From IMG/VR virus record IMGVR_UViG_2687453470_000001: DNA of 33,928 bases; one strand, 5' to 3'. The notes under the pieces were generated by a model that had not been told where the DNA came from, made no database searches, and saw nothing but the letters and a program-made list of their open reading frames with translations. Below, piece after piece: positions 26,901 to 32,323 of the stretch. This DNA is from an uncultured virus (IMG/VR IMGVR_UViG_2687453470_000001) (taxonomy: Duplodnaviria > Heunggongvirae > Uroviricota > Caudoviricetes). The number at the start of each line of letters is the position of its first letter. The stretch's first letter is position 1. A program made the position numbers and the translations under genes.

Positions 26901-27940
26901 CCCAGTTAAACAACAGCATCACAACCATTAATGGCACTTTATCAACGAAGGCAGATAGTTCAGCACTTACAAACCTAGCCAACCGGGTAACGACAGCTGA
27001 GAACTCTATTACTAGCCAAGGTTCAAGCATTACCTCCTTGAATAGCTCTGTAACTGGAATATTGAAAGATATTGAAGTTACAGATACCCGCTCAACCAAC
27101 CAACCGCCATCGTGGTATTGGTCAAATTACCCGAAACGGATTGTTCGTGAATTTAAACAGGCCTCAACAATCGGTCTATCAGGAATGGGGACATATGTTT
27201 CGCTTGAAACATACGTTTATTATAGCGACGCTACTGGTGGACCTATTATTCAAATTGCACGTGGCACAGATTCGAAACTGACCGCCGAACGCCGAAGTAC
27301 AAGTACATCAACATGGGGTACTTGGGTACAAGACATTAAGGCCATAAGTGATGGGCTTGCAAATAAAGCTGAAGCTTCAGCACTTTCATCACTTGACTCA
27401 AAAGTGTCGGTTATTGATGGGAAAGTTTCTACACAGGCCTCAAGTATTACTACTCTGCAAACAACAGTAGGCGGTAATACAGCCTCAATTCAATCTCAAC
27501 AACAATCAATTGATGGCCTGAAAGCAAGAGCAACATTGAAGCTGCAATCTGGCAATCTGGTTGGTGGCGTTGGTATTGAAAATGATAGCAAAACGGTTGA
27601 CTTCATCATTCAAGCAAATAAGTTTGCGATTGGTGCACCTTCTGATGTCACTAGTGCTGTTACACCAAAATACGCTTTTACTTATCAATCCACCCCAACG
27701 ACTTTGCCTAACGGCACAGTCATTCCTGCTGGCTTGTACTTAGACAGCGCGTCTATTAGCTATATCAACGCCAACAAAATTTATGCAGATAGTTTAAGTG
27801 CTATTAGTGCAAATCTTGGTACCTTTACCTCATTGGCAGATCAATCAAAACCAAATGGTGCTAGGACTGTAATTAGTGGTGAGAGGATCGAAGTTTACGA
27901 CGAAAACAATGTTATGCGTGTACGGATTGGGAGATGGTAA
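17921..27940 (+). CDS. Tip attachment / central tail fibre protein J, 3339 aa, with coiled-coil stalk and multiple globular modules
   Basis: GEGEIEG, YPNTA, WDGTFK.AYTNNPAW..YD, GCTSRGQA.RAG.W motifs of gpJ; FN3-like region; C-terminal GVGIEND...FII.ANKFAI. Confidence 0.96.
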   Translation: MAIVKGAKKGKGEARKPVVAPDSAQSKTYIKILYGLGEGEIEGLANGNQSIFLEGTPLQDANGNLNYSNVKLDFRKGTNDQDYIEGFPSVESETAVDVELKSGAPWVRAFNNIDLDAVRIRLKWGPLRQQDSSTGDVSGITIEYAIDIQTDGGAWTEVLKTKISDKTSANYERAHRIDLPKADSGWLIRVRRITPNSTSEFVSDKMYVEAFTEVVDAKLRYPNTALLGLQYDAETFGNVAKLAVDLKGRLLLVPTNYNPQTRQYTGIWDGTFKRAYTNNPAWIYYDLCTNDRYGLGNRLTPFMIDKWSLYRLAQYCDQSVSDGLGGQEPRFTCNVYIQNAEDAFSILMKLAGVFRAIAFWDGTSIICDADIPQDTYFTYTRANVVGGVFEYSGTRARDRHNVVKVAWDNPANHYKTEYEFVRDENAIAESGQVRILELDAWGCTSRGQAQRAGHWALKSEQKETRTVSFKVGLDGHIPLPGRVIEIADELFAGRANGGRVSKISADLKSITIDRDDVIAKAGDRLVINGENGKAQTRIVQSISGRVITVTLPFDENSIAVQNVWVLDAQDLATMKFRVISISQEEKHQFSITALQYNPQKFDEIDNGAFFEDAPISIINPSIQEPVKDVLITTESRVDQGINITTMIVSWMQAKGAVKYLVEWRKDDGSWIRLPQTGNNSVEVPGVYSGQYQARVTAISAFEIASLPVTSSLTEITGKQGLPPKIAFIRATGILFGMKLDWGFPPTGAKDTAYTEIEVSPDGINNIAQLGLFAYPTTTTTIQGLQPNLRQFYRGRLIDRIGNVGPWSEWVNGTTTADPEAVLDLISGHINESDLAQELQGKIENSVDVSEAAQAAANNAQAVASSAQTAANNAQAVASEAKTAASSAQSAATTAQTQASSAQKIANDASVIATNAKNTADQAAEDASSAITAAAEAKTTATNANTTATNAQTTANNASSAASKVASDLTTSTNQLNKKIADETDARTAAISKLNDGLTTETSQRKSEDAALLNNIETYKSSTNGTLSSLQTQINTNATNTSANTSKITSLDSRLTTNEGKTADAINAAATAQQVANTAVTNAAAAASAVTSLKSELSTGKGINNIIAPFSDPQELSPYIIGASRTVALVNSPMRINGKAYDVTFNAVAGSIYFGSSSVSTVNTAAAGVVSGGKRYMLSAYLKNIDPTKQAEVYFTLHWFKRTSEGAYSATQTVLINQATNTTRVTPSNEGGTVSCKAVAAPPDAVAFVVICSGNSVYNVAGSRILIDMLMLEEVVGVDVPASTWTAGPADLSAIKSALDANASAISNLKTRVTNAEGVITSQGNSITQLNNSVTSINSELTKKADATTLNALTNRVSTAEGTITSQGNSITSLRNDLNATNDKVASKADSSALNSLDSKVSEIDGRVTSNTSAVTALQGRVTTVENGLLTKADASALNNYYTKTEADSATSGAIDKFNSQLTIGGVNVVANSEAPRTSTAATNREYLLYERSAELKAFYDENLEKPITISFEMSVPVAGPVQVYSSNGSAHQFVTSVNAVIVNQFAKYSVTVSPKAHTASTTVSTIEFYGTYGTGRIPTIRKLQIEAGTKATAWSPSPRDTKAAIDANASAISKIDTRVTNAEGTITSQGNSITQLNNSVTSINGELTKKADATALNALTNRVSTAEGIITSQGNSITSLRNDLNATNDKVSSKADSSALNSLDSKVTSIDGRVTSNTSAVTSLQGRVSTVEGGLSSKADASALSNYYTKTEADAATSSAINSFNSQLTIGGVNAVANSKAPRTSTAATNREYLLYERSAELKAFYDENLEKPITISFEMSVPVAGPVQVYSSNGSAHQFVTSVNAIIVNQFAKYSVTVSPKAHTASTTVSTIEFYGTYGTGRIPTIRKLQIEAGTKATAWSPSPRDTKAAIDANASAIQTTQTKVDNIDGRLTTATDSITSLNSRMSTAEGNINSTNTAVGGLSTRMATAEGKITNQSDSIASLQNSVTSINGTLANKADSSAVNNLTSRVETAEGKISSQSGQITSLSNSLDLTNSNLNDVNVLARLLSLGKPLRDDPTFKLGMGGLAPYALQSGSTLTRQAVSADNPTESTYEVLLRATTTLGSGWYPNNPTVLGGPNKAFLVKQVIKMPTGQRVYPYNNPLGTGGFVRMLGNAEGTGKFETYYSIIQCGPDASKSIQGHFRVINSTNPPVPTTSNPVDVILASYEVFDVTAVNDTIPKAYSDAISANANAINSLSNSVTQQGNTITSHSNSITSLNNSITSINSSLTNKADASALNNLSNRVTAAEGNITSQGNSITSLNNTLTNNDLSNLVLNPDFIDPKNGWTSGVIVDATDAAPNPPSLKALKLNNRDSYYGPFVKCNVGDMFYVSAWFATPNTSATASAVIGFNTRNSAGTYTWYTVAVKSTDKNAWGFVEGYFTVPAGMVDIRPWLQVSIAASEAAGQQWHVTNIQVRNITGNKKLATDLQATSSALSTLDSKVTNIDGRVTSASNSIVSLNNSVTNINTALSQKADAAALNSLSNRVTTAEGNITSQGNSITSLTNSLAVSGKGGTNLLIKSNVVGTYDGISYPHHTYKLGEDWEIGATYTLIWCAEHKRGTGDTNSSLAVYEGGGSQHLQAVVNTNGKVVSKVTFVKNSAVASGPIIHFYMLNRPTADKGSVGTVYWAVLVKGDVLTTDAWIPSAYDYIPDSNANASAITNLTNTVTQQGNTLTSHTNSITSLNNSITSINGVLNTKANTSAVSDLDSRVTDAEGKITANTSSITSLTANLKSTSNGITMSASIDVDPDSEWIYWTKNGEVVRADDTSALGGKVYRFGNNAGNDHVNARSKAKLPFDQNKTYRIRARYRRVSGTGTIYCAVFGIAKDGVSHVNSSNTVTTDAGSSNYFVTNQAPALNAWQEVTVYVKGRAAGAATGGWTLDNPRQLPNATAFISVQFLANYSSAAGEVDLDYLIIEDADAIAANDATAKALSSLDTRVTTAEGKITSQGNSITQLNNSITTINGTLSTKADSSALTNLANRVTTAENSITSQGSSITSLNSSVTGILKDIEVTDTRSTNQPPSWYWSNYPKRIVREFKQASTIGLSGMGTYVSLETYVYYSDATGGPIIQIARGTDSKLTAERRSTSTSTWGTWVQDIKAISDGLANKAEASALSSLDSKVSVIDGKVSTQASSITTLQTTVGGNTASIQSQQQSIDGLKARATLKLQSGNLVGGVGIENDSKTVDFIIQANKFAIGAPSDVTSAVTPKYAFTYQSTPTTLPNGTVIPAGLYLDSASISYINANKIYADSLSAISANLGTFTSLADQSKPNGARTVISGERIEVYDENNVMRVRIGRW
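21815..23656 (+). repeat. In-frame 921-bp (307 aa) tandem duplication inside J: 21815-22735 and 22736-23656
   Basis: GAYGCCAATGCTTCTGC recurs at 21815, 22736 and 23657; 22346-22735 is nearly identical to 23267-23656. Confidence 0.95.
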
Positions 27941-28264
27941 ATGCCCACAGGAATGATAATAAATTCTGAATCAGGGGAAGTTGTTTTTGATGGAACTGTG
28001 AAGATCCCTAAAATACTAGGGAAGGTTCTAATCGAGAATGGACAAACTTCAGCAGTATTAAACCTTAACAAGCCACTTGATGGCACGATGTTTTTTATTC
28101 CAAAAGGATTAGCAACTACAGTCGATCCAATCTATGCCCCTTTGGGAATTAACTATGAAGTAAGTCTTAGTTCTAACAAGCAGGTTGTAACGGTTAAATA
28201 CATCGCGACCAGTGAGCAGCCAAAAGCAGGGACTGATTTTGAAGTTTATATTGGTGAATATTGA
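27941..28264 (+). CDS. Tail-tip accessory protein
   Basis: M..GM.I....G.VVFD...K....LG start typical of post-J genes; ATG directly after the J stop. Confidence 0.7.
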   Translation: MPTGMIINSESGEVVFDGTVKIPKILGKVLIENGQTSAVLNLNKPLDGTMFFIPKGLATTVDPIYAPLGINYEVSLSSNKQVVTVKYIATSEQPKAGTDFEVYIGEY

Positions 28265-28989
28265 TGGATAACTATTTCTTAGTAAAGAATGACTTCATAA
28301 ATGCTATTGATGATGACTATTTCAATCTTGCATTTATTAGAAAACAACGTTTTAACTTCACATCTGAACCTGGGATTACCTATTACTATCGTACTTTTGA
28401 AGTAGATATAACAGGGATAGATTTTCCTGTTATTGCAATTAGTTGTGTTTGTCCTTCTGCTTATTTAAGTATGAAAGCCAATACGCTTTCTATTGTTTGC
28501 TCAGCAAGTAATTATGATGGTGTGGCTAATTCAGTTAGCAATTTAAATAATTCATCTAAGTATTTAGATGTGTTTGTTTTTGGTCGATTGCCTAGAAGCA
28601 GTATTCCAGAACATGGTATTGGTGTAGTCTGTTTAGATGCATCAAGTAAAGTAGTTTATTACAGTGGTGCAGAGTATTTGAAACCCATAAAAATGTTTAT
28701 TGATCCCAATACTTATCGACCAATGTTTAATTCAAACTACAATACTCAGGTCGAGTATTTGCCGATTGGCAAGTCTTATGCATGTATTCCCTTAAATAGA
28801 GTAAATACTGTTTATTCGGAGTGGACGCCTGAAGGTCAAGATGTCATAGCAATGTCATCAGTTTGTGCTATTGAGGGCAATACTATTACTTATACCTCAA
28901 ATCAGGTGCAAGTCGCACAAGATATTAGTGCTGTTTACAATGGATATTGTAGACATATGTACATGTTAATCGATGTATCGAACTATTAA
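28264..28989 (+). CDS. Second tail-tip accessory protein
   Basis: TGATG overlap with the previous gene; VFVFG....GI.V...DAS.KVVY.S motif; ends LIDVSNY. Confidence 0.7.
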   Translation: MDNYFLVKNDFINAIDDDYFNLAFIRKQRFNFTSEPGITYYYRTFEVDITGIDFPVIAISCVCPSAYLSMKANTLSIVCSASNYDGVANSVSNLNNSSKYLDVFVFGRLPRSSIPEHGIGVVCLDASSKVVYYSGAEYLKPIKMFIDPNTYRPMFNSNYNTQVEYLPIGKSYACIPLNRVNTVYSEWTPEGQDVIAMSSVCAIEGNTITYTSNQVQVAQDISAVYNGYCRHMYMLIDVSNY

Positions 28990-29005
28990 TAAACCTTTAA
29001 TTATC

Positions 29006-29029
29006 AGCACCCAATTCGGGTGCTTTTTT
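29006..29029 (+). terminator. Intrinsic terminator
   Basis: AGCACCC-aattc-GGGTGCT plus T tract. Confidence 0.85.
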
Positions 29030-29057
29030 ATTGCCTACGATCTGGAGGATGGCATGC

Positions 29058-29351
29058 ATGAACGATCAGACAAATAGTGTAGTTGGAGCAGCTGCAAGCA
29101 CGGCTGCCGCGACTGCAACAAAATTCACTTATGGTTATGTAGTGGGAGGGAGCTTGATCGGTGTTATTGGCAAAATTGATTGGGCTGTAGTCTTTTCGAT
29201 TTTAATCGGTATCGCAACCTTTCTGACGAATCTCTATTTCAAAAAAAGAGATGATAAGCGTAAGGATGAGATTCACGAGCTACAAACGAAGCAATATGAG
29301 CTAACTAAGAAACGATTGGAAGGGGGTTCAGATGACAAGCGAACAGACTAG
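29058..29351 (+). CDS. Holin-like membrane protein
   Basis: Two hydrophobic segments, DWAVVFSILIGIATFLTNLYFKKR and charged C-tail; GGAGG RBS; first gene of the lysis cassette. Confidence 0.75.
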   Translation: MNDQTNSVVGAAASTAAATATKFTYGYVVGGSLIGVIGKIDWAVVFSILIGIATFLTNLYFKKRDDKRKDEIHELQTKQYELTKKRLEGGSDDKRTD

Positions 29352-29556
29352 AGCTTATCTGGCTTTTGCACTTGTGGCGTTAATGTTCGTACTGGTTATT
29401 GCTTTATTTTTTGTGAATATGCCACGTGAGAACAGCAATTTAATTAATACAGCATTGGGTTTCATTGCGGGGGCAATGACAACTGCCTGTGGATTCTATT
29501 TCGGAAGCTCTGACCAGGAAAAGAAAAATAAAACTGAGGAATCAACTGAGCAGTAA
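29332..29556 (+). CDS. Second two-TM membrane protein (holin/antiholin-like)
   Basis: Two TM helices ending GFYFGSS plus charged tail; lies between holin and endolysin. Confidence 0.65.
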   Translation: MTSEQTRAYLAFALVALMFVLVIALFFVNMPRENSNLINTALGFIAGAMTTACGFYFGSSDQEKKNKTEESTEQ

Positions 29557-29573
29557 TTAACTTAACTCTAAAT

Positions 29574-29595
29574 GCCGCCTACGGGCGGTTTTTTT
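29574..29595 (+). terminator. Intrinsic terminator
   Basis: GCCGCC-tacg-GGCGGT plus T tract. Confidence 0.8.
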
Positions 29596-29614
29596 ATAAC
29601 TGAAGGAAAACGAA

Positions 29615-30160
29615 ATGAATATCGAACAATATCTTGAAGAGTTGATCAAGCGTGAAGGTGGATACGTAAATAACCCGGCAGACCGTGGTGGTGCAACTAA
29701 ATATGGCATCACACAAGCTGTTGCGCGTGAAAATGGCTGGAATGGCAATATGAAAGATTTGCCGCTTGAATTTGCAAAAAGTATTTATAAAAAACAATAC
29801 TGGTTGGAACCGCGTTTTGATCAGGTAAATGCACTTAGTCCATCTGTTGCTGAAGAATTGTTAGACACAGGAGTGAATTGTGGGCCTAACTTTGCAAAGC
29901 CTCTTTTACAACGTGCTTTAAACCTGCTCAATAATCAAGGTAAAGCTGGTTGGCCTGATTTGAAAGTAGATGGTGTTTATGGCTCGGCTACACTGGGTGC
30001 TTTAAAAACTTATTTATCAAAACGCGGGAAAGACGGCGAGAAGGTGTTAGTACGCGTGCTCAATATCATGCAAGGTCAACGCTATATTGAAATTTGTGAA
30101 CATAATCCAAAACAGGAACAATTTTTCTATGGCTGGATTTCTAATAGAGTGGTGATTTAA
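29615..30160 (+). CDS. Endolysin, glycoside hydrolase family 108 with C-terminal peptidoglycan-binding domain
   Basis: EGGYVNNPADRGGATKYGIT catalytic motif; LQRALN...VDGVYG..TL; F.YGW..NRV. Confidence 0.95.
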   Translation: MNIEQYLEELIKREGGYVNNPADRGGATKYGITQAVARENGWNGNMKDLPLEFAKSIYKKQYWLEPRFDQVNALSPSVAEELLDTGVNCGPNFAKPLLQRALNLLNNQGKAGWPDLKVDGVYGSATLGALKTYLSKRGKDGEKVLVRVLNIMQGQRYIEICEHNPKQEQFFYGWISNRVVI

Positions 30161-30478
30161 ATGACTCAAGCAGAAAAAGTAACTGAGCTTACTCCTTATC
30201 TTGAGTACTGGAGCAGTGGCATCTATATGTTTAAGTGCCCGGGTTGTAAATATTTACATCCATTTCATGTGAAAGAAGGTGCACATCATAATGGCAGTAC
30301 TTGGGGTTTTAATGGCGATATAAATAAGCCAACGTTTACACCTTCTTTACTTGTTAATGACCATTGCCCAGCGAGTCGCTGTCATTTGTTTTTGACTGAT
30401 GGAAAGATTCAATTCTTATCAGATTGTCATCATGAGCTCGCTGGACAAACTGTCGACATGGTACCGATAGATGTTTAA
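30161..30478 (+). CDS. DUF6527-like Cys/His protein
   Basis: F.CPGC...H, W.FNGD..KPTFTPSLL, RCH.F.TDG.IQF.SD. Confidence 0.75.
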   Translation: MTQAEKVTELTPYLEYWSSGIYMFKCPGCKYLHPFHVKEGAHHNGSTWGFNGDINKPTFTPSLLVNDHCPASRCHLFLTDGKIQFLSDCHHELAGQTVDMVPIDV

Positions 30479-30569
30479 AGTTTTATTGCTGTGTATTCTG
30501 CTTTCCGGATGTTCAGCTCATACGATCAATAGTAATGTGAGTGTAGCCATTTGTGTAAAAGCCCTCTAA
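30471..30569 (+). CDS. 32-aa micro-lipoprotein (MFKVLLLCILLSG|CSAHTINSNVSVAICVKAL)
   Basis: Start overlaps the previous gene's end by 8 nt; lipobox LSGC; stop lies inside the terminator hairpin; not in the ORF track. Confidence 0.65.
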   Translation: MFKVLLLCILLSGCSAHTINSNVSVAICVKAL

Positions 30570-30583
30570 GGAGGGCTTTGTTT
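30558..30583. terminator. Probably bidirectional terminator ending the late operon
   Basis: AAAGCCCTC-taag-GAGGGCTTT with A run before and T-rich after, between convergent genes. Confidence 0.75.
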
Positions 30584-30649
30584 GAGAAAATATTTGCTCA
30601 TTTTTAATAAAATCAATTGATTTTGAGCAAAATTATTCACATTTAAAAA

Positions 30650-30889
30650 CTAATCTTGTTTATTAGTTTCATTCTCAACTTTGACAAACATAACGTTTAA
30701 AGCGCCTTTCCTAAATGGAGACTCATACGTCACCGCTTTATAATTAGGAGGCAAAGTTGTTTGCAAAGAGGTTACCGCCGTCGCAGTAGCATTAGGTCCA
30801 ACTCTGCAAATGAGCTGTTGATCCGAAGGTGTTGGTGTCGGCTCTTTCTTTGTGCCAAATAATTTACTTAAGAAACCCATAACATCCAT
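30650..30889 (-). CDS. Hypothetical protein (moron); start may be ATG 30880
   Basis: AGGAAG RBS; N-terminal amphipathic MGFLSKLFG followed by a Pro-rich linker. Confidence 0.6.
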   Translation of the reverse strand: MDVMGFLSKLFGTKKEPTPTPSDQQLICRVGPNATATAVTSLQTTLPPNYKAVTYESPFRKGALNVMFVKVENETNKQD

Positions 30890-30900
30890 ACTTCCTAATT

Positions 30901-31230
30901 TTATGCATTTAATGATTTGTTGAGCTGCTGAATTGCATTACTTTGTTTTTTAATTCGGTTTTCGGCAATATCAACTGTAAAGCTTAATCGTTCAAGCACC
31001 GTTGTAAGGCTCAAATATTTTTCACGCTCTTCATCAGCTAAGGTTTCAATAAAAGCCTCTTCAGGAGACATGGCGGCAAGTCTCATCTTATACATAGATG
31101 CCATTGCCAAAGCCTCAGATGACTTCAGTGAAAGTTGGTGAAGTCTTGCTGCCTTATTTCTTTCAATATTTGTATTAACCATTAAAGCTATAACAAACAA
31201 GGCAACCAAAACTATAAATACAGTAAGCAT
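30901..31230 (-). CDS. Membrane-anchored coiled-coil protein (moron)
   Basis: N-terminal TM MLTVFIVLVALFVIALMV then helical region; 11 bp from the next gene. Confidence 0.7.
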   Translation of the reverse strand: MLTVFIVLVALFVIALMVNTNIERNKAARLHQLSLKSSEALAMASMYKMRLAAMSPEEAFIETLADEEREKYLSLTTVLERLSFTVDIAENRIKKQSNAIQQLNKSLNA

Positions 31231-31477
31231 GTACTAGATACTCATTTCAGACATGTTTTAATAATATTAACCCAGTATTGAATGAAATGCTGAATTATTA
31301 AAATGATCCTTCAGATAACTTATGAGCATTAATTGACATTTTGTACCAACTGGCAGAAGTTGGCCAGTCATTCTGCAGTATTTGGCCAACTCATCAATTT
31401 TAATATAAATTGTTGAAAAATAATAAACACAATAAAATTAATATAATTCAGTGATTGGCATTTTATTACAATAAAAC

Positions 31478-32068
31478 CTATTCCGTTTTAGTCTCCTTAA
31501 AGATCTTTTCTAGCAACTCAAGCATTTCATCTGAAAGTTCTTTTCTTATAATCCACTCAGTCTCAGTAATTTGCCACGCAACCCCATGAGTTATATTAAA
31601 AGTTGGTGTTGGCACATGTGCATCTCCCTTATGTTTATCTGCTGGCGCAAACTTTGCTAAAGGCATCCTTATTCGCGCAAGCTTTAATTTTAAAGAATAA
31701 ATTTCAGGCTGATATTTATTATAAATAGCCATTTCTGGCTTTTTTTTAAAATCTTTATCATTCAGCACCCTAATTATTTCATACGCTCCAAATAACCAAA
31801 GAGTTGCTTGCGACAAATGCTCAATAGTATATGCATTAAAATCTAAATCTCCCTTATCACCTTTCATAAGGTTTTTTATAATAATTTTATCGAAAAACAC
31901 TAAGCGTGAGTCCAGTCTCCCTAAGCTTTGGAATGTGGAGATAAAAAAAGGCTCTACTTTTCCTAGCGCAAAAGAAGCCTTGACCCATCTATTTAATCGA
32001 TCTTCATCAATAAGACTCATATATGCTAAGGCAAATAAAGGCGCCATTTCTTCTTTTTGATCTATCAT
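31478..32068 (-). CDS. Hypothetical all-helical protein, possibly HEPN-like
   Basis: 196-aa AT-rich ORF; WLFGAYEIIR...LARIRMPLAKF. Confidence 0.65.
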   Translation of the reverse strand: MIDQKEEMAPLFALAYMSLIDEDRLNRWVKASFALGKVEPFFISTFQSLGRLDSRLVFFDKIIIKNLMKGDKGDLDFNAYTIEHLSQATLWLFGAYEIIRVLNDKDFKKKPEMAIYNKYQPEIYSLKLKLARIRMPLAKFAPADKHKGDAHVPTPTFNITHGVAWQITETEWIIRKELSDEMLELLEKIFKETKTE

Positions 32069-32129
32069 GCTATGCCCAGTTAAAAATAATATTAGAATAT
32101 AGGATAACTTGTATTTTTGAGACGTTGAT

Positions 32130-32321
32130 ATGACGAGCGAATTAATTAAAATTTACAACCATGCAGATTCTCGTATTGCTGATCTACTGGCTGAAATAGA
32201 CAAAAAGGGAGAGGTCACAAAAATCTACGACCTCAATGGTAACGAGCTAAAAATTAATTTTCTGCGAGATGAAGTTTACTATAATAAAGCTTGGTGGCAT
32301 TTTCAGAAAAAACAAAAATAA
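32130..32321 (+). CDS. Small hypothetical phage protein (63 aa)
   Basis: ORF convergent with the integrase, stops 2 bp apart. Confidence 0.6.
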   Translation: MTSELIKIYNHADSRIADLLAEIDKKGEVTKIYDLNGNELKINFLRDEVYYNKAWWHFQKKQK

Positions 32322-32323
32322 AA

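Noticed and set aside
21881..27033. Shufflon-type invertible fibre cassettes driven by the tyrosine recombinase
   Set aside because: All linker repeats are direct and within one ORF; no inverted crossover sites or silent antisense cassettes were seen
18442..28086. Many short alternative-frame and antisense ORFs within J (and likewise within scaffold, tail tube and tape measure)
   Set aside because: Shadow ORFs expected from codon bias and repeats of long real genes
30901..31230. Inner-membrane spanin (Rz-like)
   Set aside because: TM plus coiled coil fits, but the gene is on the strand opposite the lysis operon, beyond its terminator, with no embedded lipoprotein gene recognised
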